64,000 nt of DNA, from IMG/VR virus record IMGVR_UViG_3300025117_000034; one strand, given 5' to 3'. A model generated the notes under the pieces. That model did not search any database, was not told the origin of the DNA, and saw only the letters and a list, made by a program, of their open reading frames with translations. Made by a program: the position numbers and the translations under genes. This stretch comes from a virus (Duplodnaviria; Heunggongvirae; Uroviricota; Caudoviricetes). Below, in pieces: positions 1 through 9,013 of this stretch (positions are counted from its first letter, which is position 1; every line of letters starts with the position of its first letter).

Positions 1-650
1 TTACTCACAGCAGAGATGATAACCGAGGTATTCTCATCTGTACGTGTAAACTTTGCGATGTCACCAGTACCACCGTTAGCTCCATTGAAGAAGCATCCTG
101 TACCTACATTAAGTACTAGACCATCCTTGTTAATGTCATCAACAACGAGCTCACCATAAATGTTAACAGTACCTTTGTCGCCACTGTTAACTCCATTGCT
201 GCTGAGCTGCATAATCTGAACACCATCTGTACCATCACCAGTTGGGTCGTTGTTAAAGAAAACTATTGACCCTGTTGAACTTATACGTGACTGATTGATG
301 TTACCAATGGCCGAGTAGAAAAGAGAAGTGCTCTCTGAAGGTCTTGAGAACGTCGCTATTGGAAGACCTTCGCCTTCAACAGAGATGCCACCAACAATAG
401 GATCAGCAAATGCAACACTGCCATTAAAGCTTGCGTCACCGTTAATGGTAAAATCTGTAACAACAAATGAACCTAGTGTTCCCTGAATTCCATTTGCTGA
501 GATGTCCCCCAAAACAAACAGGTTATGGGATACCCAAATATCACCAGTGTTAGCGTTTGCTGAGATATTCGAGGTGAGATTCTTTACAAAAGGAAAGCAA
601 AAATTAATCTTGCTATCCTGTATGATGTCATAAGTTGAAAGTAATCCCAT
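1..650 (-). CDS. Partial (runs off the window start) beta-rich putative virion/fibre protein
   Basis: ATG at 650 with GGAGA RBS; frame stays open to position 1 (MGLLSTYDIIQDSKINF...TDFTINGDASFNGSV...); G/N/T/V-rich. Not in the ORF track because it has no stop. Confidence 0.5.
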   Translation of the reverse strand, partial: MGLLSTYDIIQDSKINFCFPFVKNLTSNISANANTGDIWVSHNLFVLGDISANGIQGTLGSFVVTDFTINGDASFNGSVAFADPIVGGISVEGEGLPIATFSRPSESTSLFYSAIGNINQSRISSTGSIVFFNNDPTGDGTDGVQIMQLSSNGVNSGDKGTVNIYGELVVDDINKDGLVLNVGTGCFFNGANGGTGDIAKFTRTDENTSVIISAVS

Positions 651-665
651 TAGTATCTCCTGTAG

Positions 666-1052
666 TTAAGCTGGTGCGTAAGGAATCTTGTTATAAGAAG
701 TCATTACATAAGGATATGTAGCATTCTGGTAGAAGAAAGTAGTGATGTACTCATTCACTGTTCCGGCTGGGTTAGTAACCTCAACTATATTCTTGACGTT
801 TCCCTGACTACCCTGGCAATAATTGGTGCCATCAATGTCAGCATCGGTAACTACATTAGCACTTGCACCCTCTGAAGCTGAGCCAGGACCATCAAGAAGG
901 TCAATGATAACAGCTGTCTCGTTGTTAACACTATTCAGCAAAGCGTTAGCTGTTAGTGTGTACTGATTGTTAAGTGTAGTGAGATCTTCTAGATCCTTAA
1001 CATTGATATTCACACTGTTCATCTGAATATCAACTGATGTTGTAATAGGCAT
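666..1052 (-). CDS. Hypothetical protein, possibly structural
   Basis: 128 aa, AGGAG RBS, N/T/V-rich. Confidence 0.55.
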   Translation of the reverse strand: MPITTSVDIQMNSVNINVKDLEDLTTLNNQYTLTANALLNSVNNETAVIIDLLDGPGSASEGASANVVTDADIDGTNYCQGSQGNVKNIVEVTNPAGTVNEYITTFFYQNATYPYVMTSYNKIPYAPA

Positions 1053-1066
1053 TTGCTAGTCTCCTC

Positions 1067-1375
1067 CTAGATGTACTCAATAAGAACTGTATAAGTGCTT
1101 CCAGCAGCTCCGTCTATGTAAAGAGAACAAGGGTAATCTGAGAAACCATTGTTCCTTGAGTATGTCTGACCGGCGGTGAGTGTAAGTGAGGGAAGTGCCT
1201 CACCAGTATAGGTAACACCACTGTCAGTTGAATAAACAAAGTGAACAACAACGGTGCCCGCAACACATGACACCTGATACTGTTGACACTTATTGATTAC
1301 ATGTAAGCTAGTCAGTGGGTTATCAGCAGCTAGAGTTGCTGACTGTTCTACTATAGGAGAAATTGGAGTGATCAT
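1067..1375 (-). CDS. Hypothetical protein, possibly structural
   Basis: 102 aa with RBS, beta-strand-like composition. Confidence 0.55.
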   Translation of the reverse strand: MITPISPIVEQSATLAADNPLTSLHVINKCQQYQVSCVAGTVVVHFVYSTDSGVTYTGEALPSLTLTAGQTYSRNNGFSDYPCSLYIDGAAGSTYTVLIEYI

Positions 1376-1386
1376 CTTTTACCTCA

Positions 1387-3348
1387 CTAGAAAAATAAGC
1401 TACTGGCCTTAGCCCTAGCTTTGTCCTTACTTTGAAACGGGTTAATACCAATGCTCGGAGATACCCATGCGTCACTTGTGTCCCCAAGTTTACTTATGCC
1501 CATTAGATTGTCAACAGAAGATCTTTCTAGCATCTCCCTTTGAAGTAGATTTGTTATAACACCAACTACTGCGTCACTTACGTCCTTGGTTCCGTCTGAC
1601 CCATCCCCATTTTTAATAGGGTGATCAACGTCGCCACGGGTCCTGTCGTGGATTAAGTTAAACCACTCAGTCCTGAATATACTATATAAGTAAAAGGAAA
1701 TTCTAGTGGAATACATAAGTTCGCATGCATCCATCCACACTGTGTCACTTCTATCCATACTGATCCGCTTGCTATCACCTATGGCCTTCTCAAAGAACTG
1801 CAGCATGCTTTCAGATTGGTTTTGGTCGAACGATACGCTGTTGATCTCAAAGTTAAACTTCTCCTTGAGAGCCATAATGAAGGACTTAATCTTCTCATAG
1901 TCAATTCTTGCAGGTGCTTTTGGTGGTTGAATACGTAGCATAAAGTCAATGTGTATAACAGGTAGTGAAAAGTCACCACCTCTAACTTGTTTAAAGTTTG
2001 ACACACAACCCATAGCTATACCAGTTGGATCCCCAGTAGCAGACAAGTCAACATGGATAACTCTCTTAGCACCTGGGAAATACTTCGGTGAATAGATCTT
2101 AGCCTTGGAGTTAGCTGCGTTGTCTGGGCAGTTACAGATCTTCTCTGGTATAAAGTAACCCTCTATCTCTTTGTAATCAGAGGTAGATACAACAATCTCC
2201 TGGGCTATGAAAGGGTGCTCACGGATAGGATCAATACAATTATTGAATGCCTTGATATCCGTGAACAACTTTGACACAGATGTTACAGACACACCACCAA
2301 TGTTCTGCAGTGATCTTACTGGATCATCAAGGAAGTCATTCTTGAAGTCAACTGGAATGAATAGGAACTTATGCTTAAGACTACCCTCAAGGTTATCTAC
2401 ATTATCTGCCAGTGACTTAGTATCCTCAGCCATAGTATCATAGCCGTAGGACACAAGGATATCATTAAGGTTTTTTGTATCCTCAATTACAGCTGGAACT
2501 CTGTCTTCATCACCAGCAAACACGCAGAACATTTCTTTGGAGTAATCATTAGGCTTTACATCCCAGATCTTTACGTTGACAAAGTAACATGTTCCAGGCT
2601 TAGCTTTTTCTCTGCGGTCATCTGTGAATGATGAATCATTAGTTGACGAAGATACAAGAATTGATATACCAGGATCTACACCATGCTTCATGAAACGGTT
2701 ACGTCTTCTGTCAGTGGTGTCCCTATAGATACGACGGGCCTTTTCAAGATCACCGGCTTTACCACCGCCACCTTCCTTCCAGAAGTTTACCTCATCGCAA
2801 AAGCACCCTAGAAGGTTTGTACCTAGAACTGATACAGAGTCAGAACCATGAACAAGGTTAACACCATTGGGGAACTGTGCGGCTGATGTTATGTCCATGT
2901 TTCTCTTGTAGTCATTTCTGAAGTATGGAGCATCATCAATGATTGCCATCAAGTCAGAGAACCCTGATAGCTTCGTCTGAGCAGATGTCACGGCTATGTA
3001 CCCAAAGAATAGTCGTGATGAATCTGGCACCTTAAAAAGTCTTTGGGGGTACTTGTAACAAGAGAGCTCGTATATCCTTCGTAAAAACACAATATAACCA
3101 AAAGTACTTTTTCCTGCACCCAAACTGCCGTCGATGAGCAGCTCAGAACATTTGGATTTTCTGAACTCCCTCATGTGTTCCTGCCAGAAAGGATAGAGCT
3201 TATCTGCATGGCTACCAATATAGTACGGGGATAGCCAGTCCTCAATAGGAACTACTTCTCGTATCTGCTCAGGGTCATCCTTGACCTCACGATGCTTCCT
3301 CTCTACCTTTAAAAGGCCAGAGAGGGCATCGGATAACTTGTCACTCAT
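1387..3348 (-). CDS. terL: Terminase large subunit
   Basis: Walker A GSLGAGKS, Walker B CFCDEVN, nuclease motifs IHVDLS..GDPTG, FDQNQS and KDVSDAV. Confidence 0.9.
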   Translation of the reverse strand: MSDKLSDALSGLLKVERKHREVKDDPEQIREVVPIEDWLSPYYIGSHADKLYPFWQEHMREFRKSKCSELLIDGSLGAGKSTFGYIVFLRRIYELSCYKYPQRLFKVPDSSRLFFGYIAVTSAQTKLSGFSDLMAIIDDAPYFRNDYKRNMDITSAAQFPNGVNLVHGSDSVSVLGTNLLGCFCDEVNFWKEGGGGKAGDLEKARRIYRDTTDRRRNRFMKHGVDPGISILVSSSTNDSSFTDDRREKAKPGTCYFVNVKIWDVKPNDYSKEMFCVFAGDEDRVPAVIEDTKNLNDILVSYGYDTMAEDTKSLADNVDNLEGSLKHKFLFIPVDFKNDFLDDPVRSLQNIGGVSVTSVSKLFTDIKAFNNCIDPIREHPFIAQEIVVSTSDYKEIEGYFIPEKICNCPDNAANSKAKIYSPKYFPGAKRVIHVDLSATGDPTGIAMGCVSNFKQVRGGDFSLPVIHIDFMLRIQPPKAPARIDYEKIKSFIMALKEKFNFEINSVSFDQNQSESMLQFFEKAIGDSKRISMDRSDTVWMDACELMYSTRISFYLYSIFRTEWFNLIHDRTRGDVDHPIKNGDGSDGTKDVSDAVVGVITNLLQREMLERSSVDNLMGISKLGDTSDAWVSPSIGINPFQSKDKARAKASSLFF

Positions 3349-3890
3349 TTCTTCTTTGACTGCCTTTCATAAACAATGCGGCTGATCTCAGCAAGCTCTT
3401 CATCTGATAGCTGTGACAGAACACGCATGATATCCTTCTCGCGCTCTGTAAGCTCATTACCAGACTCTAATGGAATCTTGCTGGTGTACTTACGTATGAA
3501 CTCGAGGATGTTGAGGAAGTCCTTGTTAACCTTCTCATAGAAGTCACGTAGCATCTTTAGATCATAGATTGTGTCAAGCTTGCGCCCCTCACTATTGAAC
3601 ACATCAATCTGCTCACCTTCAGCATTGAAGAACTTCATGGTACTGAGCTCAAACACCTCATCACTAAATAGACGGGTCTCTGTCCTGTTTAGGAAGTCAA
3701 TCATCTTCTGGAGGATCGGTAGTCTGCTGATGATGATGTGCGACAGTGCCAGGTTGAGTTGACCAGTGCTCTTCTCTACTTCCCTGTTTACATCTGTGCC
3801 CTGTGATGCCGCCATCTTAGTGATGGTCTCAAAGAAATCAGGACCTAGTAAATTTTTTGTAAGTTCTATAGGACTCTTGGAATCTGCCAT
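3345..3890 (-). CDS. Hypothetical helical protein; terminase small subunit candidate by position
   Basis: Overlaps the terL start by 4 nt; GGAG RBS favours ATG at 3890 over 3905; no motif evidence. Confidence 0.35.
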   Translation of the reverse strand: MADSKSPIELTKNLLGPDFFETITKMAASQGTDVNREVEKSTGQLNLALSHIIISRLPILQKMIDFLNRTETRLFSDEVFELSTMKFFNAEGEQIDVFNSEGRKLDTIYDLKMLRDFYEKVNKDFLNILEFIRKYTSKIPLESGNELTEREKDIMRVLSQLSDEELAEISRIVYERQSKKK

Positions 3891-4284
3891 CTTCGATCTC
3901 CTCATCTAGAATGTCATATGATGCTAAGTTTCTATCAATCTTTCTCTTTATGCTCAATACAGCCGCCTTGCGCAAGCCATACTTTTTTGTCATGTCCTCC
4001 AGTGTCATCTTGCCATAGTCAAAGCATACATTAAGATCACGCTGCATCTTACGAACAACGCTAAGCTTAGGGAACTTAATTGATTTACCAGCGAAGATTG
4101 ACATGAACGTAAAGAAGTCAGCTCCAAGAAGAACGTATAGCTCAAGGAATGTCTTTGTCTTTCTACGTGATGACAGGTAACGAGCAGTCATGAAGTCAAC
4201 TGTATCCCCGTAGCTCTCTATAAAGTCAACCTTATCAATCTTTTGTATAACTTCCTTCTTGGCTTTCTTTGCCATATCACCCAT
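3838..4284 (-). CDS. Mor/C-like transcription activator
   Basis: FAGKSIKFPK...RDLNVCFDY...LEDMTKKYGLRKAAVLSI resembles the Mor-family pattern GG..IYIP...RD..I..ef....eLA.kY.Ls...iy.I. Confidence 0.6.
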   Translation of the reverse strand: MGDMAKKAKKEVIQKIDKVDFIESYGDTVDFMTARYLSSRRKTKTFLELYVLLGADFFTFMSIFAGKSIKFPKLSVVRKMQRDLNVCFDYGKMTLEDMTKKYGLRKAAVLSIKRKIDRNLASYDILDEEIEDGRFQESYRTYKKFTRS

Positions 4285-4729
4285 TCCTCTGGAAGAATCT
4301 AAACAAATAGATACCTTTATAGTGATCTATGTTTTTACCAAATTTCTTGTCTATCCATGAATCGTTGTACTCATCACTTGGAAGAGCAACATCATGGAAG
4401 TCAAAAGTCTCATCTGATACATCAAGGGTTGCTTCATCCTCAACTATCAATGGAAACTTAGTATTTAGATTATATAGGAAATTTGTTAGTCTGTTACGAA
4501 TGCCTGTGAATAAATAGTTTAGGACTTTGTTACTCTCATCAAACGCTTCATCTTTTAGCAGTTTGATAACTTCCAGGTTTGCTATTGCTTCCAGCTCTTC
4601 TCTGTCTTGGTAATACCTAAAGTAGCGATTAATGACAACACTGACCAACTTGTTTAGATTTAGATAAAAATCTTTCTCATCAAATTTATCTCCCCTAGCA
4701 TAGGAGATAAATGAATCTACACTTATCAT
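4277..4729 (-). CDS. Sigma-70 region-2-like protein lacking region 4 (gp55/RsoA-type architecture)
   Basis: LNKLVSVVINRYF..DREELEAIANLEVIKLL..FDES..VLNYLFTGIRNRLTNFL follows sigma region 2.1-2.4; 150 aa with no C-terminal HTH. Confidence 0.6.
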   Translation of the reverse strand: MISVDSFISYARGDKFDEKDFYLNLNKLVSVVINRYFRYYQDREELEAIANLEVIKLLKDEAFDESNKVLNYLFTGIRNRLTNFLYNLNTKFPLIVEDEATLDVSDETFDFHDVALPSDEYNDSWIDKKFGKNIDHYKGIYLFRFFQRNG

Positions 4730-4760
4730 TAAGTATACCCCACACCTGTAGTATACCTAT

Positions 4761-4789
4761 ATTATACCACAATAAACGCTAGCTTTCTA
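4761..4789 (-). promoter_or_regulatory. SigA-type promoter TAGAAA-N17-TATAAT with TGTG extension
   Basis: Minus strand tagaaa gctagcgtttattgtgg tataat, upstream of the sigma-like gene. Confidence 0.7.
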
Positions 4790-5843
4790 TCTTTTTCTTA
4801 AACTTATCCATGCTAACTACTGAACTGCTCGTAGACTTTGATGACAGAAGTAGCTCACGCAAGGCCCACATAACACTAACAAAAGACATATGGTTAGCGA
4901 ATGAATTTACAACCCAGTCCTTGCCACTGAACTTAACTAAATCGAATATAATTTTATTGTGTGATTCCACAAATGACTTGATATAATCAGGTTGTGAACC
5001 AACCCCAACCTTGTTGTTGACCATCTTTAGTACAACGCTAAAGAAGTTATCACGCAGCATGTCAAGGGATAACGCGGTCAAGTGTGCTAGTGCATTACTA
5101 TATTCAACCTCGTCCTCATACTTGGACATCAGATCAACAATAAGGTGCTCATTATCAGTCAAGCTATTTCTCAGTTGTGCTATGTCTCCTGTAACCGTGA
5201 ACATGCATAGTGAGGTTATGGCCTTATTGTAGTCCCCATTCGATGCACAGGCAATCTTGAAGATAAGATCGTTACTAGGAGCAACCCCTGTGATGTCTGT
5301 AACATTAGCCCCCTTTAGAACTAGACACACGTCTTTCAGAGTGGGCTTGTCAAGACATATCTCAACTGACCTTGCTCTTATACGGTCATGCAAACAACTA
5401 ATATCATTGGATGTGAACACAAAGAATACCTTTGAGTAGTACTCATCCAGCATACGAACTACGTGATCCTGGTTGACAGATCTATTAAGACAGTCTATAA
5501 CTATAACCCTCTTAGATCCTTCAGGCGCACCTGACACCATGTTAGCCAAAGCATTAACGCTAAACATGGGGTTAAAGTCCTTGTAATATGGTGCACTGTC
5601 AATACTACTTGAGCAAGACTCACACACAGAACAACAGTCGTTTGATGTTCCATTTGTGCAGTTCAGTGCTCTTGCAAATATCCTAGCAATGGTGGTCTTG
5701 CCATAGCCAGGACCACCGTGAATAATGATACTCCGTGGAGCAGACGACGGATCAGACAGAATAGCTTTCAGTAATCCTATGGCATTTGACTGGCCACGAA
5801 TACTACTGAAAGCTAGAGGTTGAATCCTGTCGGCTAACTTCAC
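4779..5843 (-). CDS. DnaX (Pol III gamma/tau)-like clamp-loader AAA+ protein
   Basis: N-terminal R.QPLAFSSIRGQ, Walker A GGPGYGKTT, ARALNC...C..C.SC Zn module; Walker B degenerate (VIDCLN). Confidence 0.75.
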   Translation of the reverse strand: MKLADRIQPLAFSSIRGQSNAIGLLKAILSDPSSAPRSIIIHGGPGYGKTTIARIFARALNCTNGTSNDCCSVCESCSSSIDSAPYYKDFNPMFSVNALANMVSGAPEGSKRVIVIDCLNRSVNQDHVVRMLDEYYSKVFFVFTSNDISCLHDRIRARSVEICLDKPTLKDVCLVLKGANVTDITGVAPSNDLIFKIACASNGDYNKAITSLCMFTVTGDIAQLRNSLTDNEHLIVDLMSKYEDEVEYSNALAHLTALSLDMLRDNFFSVVLKMVNNKVGVGSQPDYIKSFVESHNKIIFDLVKFSGKDWVVNSFANHMSFVSVMWALRELLLSSKSTSSSVVSMDKFKKKIES

Positions 5844-6092
5844 CTAGATCTTTGCCTCAATAACCGGCTCAATAACTGGGTTGAGACTCTTGTAAACCTT
5901 GTACACACAACTGCACACAATTGGCTTACCCTTAGAGTAGCCATACACACCAGTTGCATTGCACTTCTTGCAGTTAATCTTACTAAGTTCCTTGCTTACC
6001 ATATGCTTACGAATATCATCAGCGTTATCCTTGATGAATTTCACAAGCTCCTCTGTCTCTACCTCAATAGGTGCACTCTCTGCATTGCTCAT
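5844..6092 (-). CDS. Small Zn-binding protein (CxxC...CxC)
   Basis: CKKCNATG...VCSC; AESAP near the N-terminus. Confidence 0.55.
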   Translation of the reverse strand: MSNAESAPIEVETEELVKFIKDNADDIRKHMVSKELSKINCKKCNATGVYGYSKGKPIVCSCVYKVYKSLNPVIEPVIEAKI

Positions 6093-6772
6093 ATCAATAC
6101 CTCCAGTTTAGTTTGAAGACTGTCTAGTAGCTCTCTTCGTATTCCAATATACTTTCTACGTGCCAAGTCACCAAAGTCCTTAACTCTTTTATCAGGGTAG
6201 ATAACCCCAACCCTACTGTATTCTACCACCTTACTAACATACTTTTCAAATCTTTCCCCCTGCTCTCTACCAGTTTCATCATTATCAGGGATAAAAATAA
6301 TCTTACTTGTGAACACTGAAAGTGCCTTCAGAAGATTCCTGGATGGCAGTGAACCACAACAAGCCATAGAGTACGTAACCTGCTCCTCTATAACCTCAGA
6401 ATCCATAGGACCTTCTGACAGAACCATGTAAGGAATTCTTGCTACATTTCCTTTCATGAGTGTAGCTCTCAACCTGTCAGGTGTGTAACAGATGAAGCCA
6501 CAGCTCTTTACTATCATTCTCCTGTCCGTCTTTATTGAACGCAGCTGAAAACCAATATGCTCATTCATAAAGAACATGGGTATAATGAACAATGGGTAGT
6601 CTCTTGAGTCTGTTGAGAACCCATCAAGCTTATCCACACCAACCCTGATGCACCTGTTCTTCCTAGCTTTCAGGTACTCCACCCAGTAGTGTGCCTCATT
6701 AAAGTTACTATTGAAATCCTGTACTGGACGAGATTTCCCCCAGTACTTCTTGGCTTCTTCATCTGAAACCAT
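6089..6772 (-). CDS. DnaG-like primase catalytic (TOPRIM) domain without Zn-binding domain
   Basis: LSEGPMD, IPDNDETG and KDFGD TOPRIM motifs; no CHC2 finger. Confidence 0.75.
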   Translation of the reverse strand: MVSDEEAKKYWGKSRPVQDFNSNFNEAHYWVEYLKARKNRCIRVGVDKLDGFSTDSRDYPLFIIPMFFMNEHIGFQLRSIKTDRRMIVKSCGFICYTPDRLRATLMKGNVARIPYMVLSEGPMDSEVIEEQVTYSMACCGSLPSRNLLKALSVFTSKIIFIPDNDETGREQGERFEKYVSKVVEYSRVGVIYPDKRVKDFGDLARRKYIGIRRELLDSLQTKLEVLI

Positions 6773-6783
6773 GTCCTCTCCTG

Positions 6784-7701
6784 TTATATGATACTGTATG
6801 TTCTCAGATACTCAGAACAGGTATCATATAGAACCTTGTTTCCTTTGCACAGATCCTTCAGTATCTTAACGGAGTCACCCCTCTTGCTGGGTGCCTTCTT
6901 CATATCCTCAATGAACGAGATAAGACCCTTCTTGTACTCCTTGCTTGCCAACTTCTGCTCTGAGTATATGTTCTCGCAAGGCTCAATATCTAATCTAACC
7001 CTGTCTATATATGATACTACTCTGGATCCCTTATTTTCAACCCCAATAATATCAACTACTATCTCCCTCTGCTGGTCCTCAATACTGCTGGTGCACCTCA
7101 TGAGAGACCCAGGACGAACAAGTATCTTACCTTTATGACTTACTGGTTCATAGCTATTGTGATCATGACCACACGCTATAACACCACAACCCTCTATGGC
7201 TTTGTAATCAACGTAATCTTCATCACTCTTGTAGTCACTATGCATGTACTTGTGCATAGCTGTAATGTCTGATTCAAGAGTAATCTTGTCTTGTGGTGCT
7301 CTGTCATAGTCAATACAGGATATCGTACTACCATAAGTTGTGGTGATGACACCGTGTTTAATGGCACCTGAGGAGAACAGAACACCTAGTGGTGTCTTAA
7401 ATAGGGAGTCTGCTCTCCCATAGTATAGGTCGTGATTACCAGCCACAGAATAGAATAGTAGATCTTTATCCTCGTCTGCATGTTTCTTGAAGAAATCAAT
7501 AACCTCAACAAGGAATGGGATGGATATGGTCTTCCTGTTGAATACGTCACCAGTGCACACAATGGCACTGCAGTTGTTCGTATGAGCTATGGAGTATACT
7601 TGGTCCAGCTTTGAGAACAACGTTCGTGTATAGTCATCCTTGCGCGATGCAGGGGCTTTCTGATCTATATGAAGGTCACCAATAATGGCTATTTTATCCA
7701 T
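6784..7701 (-). CDS. sbcD: SbcD/Mre11-like metallophosphoesterase nuclease
   Basis: GDLH, GDVFN, GNHD and GHDH motifs; adjacent to SbcC halves. Confidence 0.85.
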   Translation of the reverse strand: MDKIAIIGDLHIDQKAPASRKDDYTRTLFSKLDQVYSIAHTNNCSAIVCTGDVFNRKTISIPFLVEVIDFFKKHADEDKDLLFYSVAGNHDLYYGRADSLFKTPLGVLFSSGAIKHGVITTTYGSTISCIDYDRAPQDKITLESDITAMHKYMHSDYKSDEDYVDYKAIEGCGVIACGHDHNSYEPVSHKGKILVRPGSLMRCTSSIEDQQREIVVDIIGVENKGSRVVSYIDRVRLDIEPCENIYSEQKLASKEYKKGLISFIEDMKKAPSKRGDSVKILKDLCKGNKVLYDTCSEYLRTYSII

Positions 7702-8353
7702 TGCTAGCCTCTGTCTCTAGTAGAACTGCGTTACCCCAGGACATCTTGTACGCTCTGTTAGCATGCCCTATGTATCTTGGATCCTGGCTAAGGAACAGTA
7801 TGTCGAAACCCATCTCCTTTGAGAGAACCTCAAGGAAGCTAATTACATTGGGAACGTACTCCTCAGACATCTGAGACAGTGACTCATCAAACACTATGAA
7901 CCGCCTACGGCCCATTGAGCTAATTAGATAAACCCTTGTTATTAGGTCAATTATAGCACGTAGTGTTCCACCGTTCGCGTGGTCAATGTTTCTCCAGTCA
8001 CACCACTCCCCATCAATTTCCCTTCGTGAAAGCATGGTTGCTTTCTTTGTTCTACCCCTGTTGTCAATCTCGATCTTGAACTCGTAGTTTCTGTCTACAA
8101 AGATAGTCTTTAGACCACGGTTAATCAACTCAGTGTACTGGCTTAAACCATATGTTGATAGGATACTGATGAACTCTTTTAGTATCTCCATGCTTGTGCC
8201 AAGTACTTTAAGGTCTGTCTCAAGTGTGCTTATGTTGCTGTCACATTCAGCAATGGACTCAACGAATGATTCAATCGACTTAACTAAGGAATCTCTCTCC
8301 CCATCCAATCTGTTCACTGAATCAGATATAGCCTGGAGACGCTTACTCAACAT
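7694..8353 (-). CDS. SbcC/Rad50-like ATPase, C-terminal half
   Basis: Coiled coil, then signature-like ANGG, Walker B IVFDES and H-loop region LSQD; ATG 8353 with GAGG RBS preferred over GTG 8401. Confidence 0.75.
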   Translation of the reverse strand: MLSKRLQAISDSVNRLDGERDSLVKSIESFVESIAECDSNISTLETDLKVLGTSMEILKEFISILSTYGLSQYTELINRGLKTIFVDRNYEFKIEIDNRGRTKKATMLSRREIDGEWCDWRNIDHANGGTLRAIIDLITRVYLISSMGRRRFIVFDESLSQMSEEYVPNVISFLEVLSKEMGFDILFLSQDPRYIGHANRAYKMSWGNAVLLETEASNG

Positions 8354-8735
8354 AGATTGAGCCCTCACTGTACTTCGCAACATTTCCACTGAAGAACACA
8401 ACCACAGGGAAAGCAGTTGAGGCTATAAAGTCAGCCTTGGCCCTGCTAACAACCCTAATGTAATAGCTGTAGTTCATCTCTATGTTGTCAGCAATACTTG
8501 TTATAGTAGTGTTTAAATCATAGTCAAGCATGTTTATCTTCTTCATGAAGATGATCCGCTTGAACTCCTCACGAGTTAACACCTGCACAACACACATCCC
8601 ATCGTCAGTCTTGGTAAGAAATAGATCAAGGCCCTTGTTACTGCACCAGATGTTTAGCTTAACAAACTTCTGGGAAGGACACTTTACACTTGCTATTGCG
8701 TCCTTAAGTGACTCGAACTTTCTTCTGACAACCAT
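8343..8735 (-). CDS. Hypothetical protein between the SbcC halves
   Basis: 130 aa, coupled to neighbours; no motif recognised. Confidence 0.5.
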   Translation of the reverse strand: MVVRRKFESLKDAIASVKCPSQKFVKLNIWCSNKGLDLFLTKTDDGMCVVQVLTREEFKRIIFMKKINMLDYDLNTTITSIADNIEMNYSYYIRVVSRAKADFIASTAFPVVVFFSGNVAKYSEGSIYVE

Positions 8736-8998
8736 TAGTCTTCCTCTTCACCGGCTATCTTGGCAGCAGCCTGTTTGAGGTTCTCCTCAAGAACTGCCAT
8801 CCTAGCCTCAATCTTTTTCTTAAGATCCTCGTACTGCTTCTGGAGTGTCTCTGGGGATAAGCCAATACTGTTAATCTCAGCATCAATGTCTTTCAGCTCT
8901 GCCTCAAGAGACTTCTTGCGTGTCTCGTACTCAACAGACTTACGCTTTAGCTCCTCGATGTTCTCACTGCACCTTAGGTAGCGTTCCTGTAAATTCAT
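8735..8998 (-). CDS. Coiled-coil protein
   Basis: 87 aa heptad-rich E/K/L sequence. Confidence 0.6.
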   Translation of the reverse strand: MNLQERYLRCSENIEELKRKSVEYETRKKSLEAELKDIDAEINSIGLSPETLQKQYEDLKKKIEARMAVLEENLKQAAAKIAGEEED

Positions 8999-9013
8999 TT
9001 TATAGCTCCTAAT

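Noticed and set aside
8343-8735. Holliday-junction resolvase call
   Set aside because: No recognisable PD-(D/E)xK or RuvC acidic motifs
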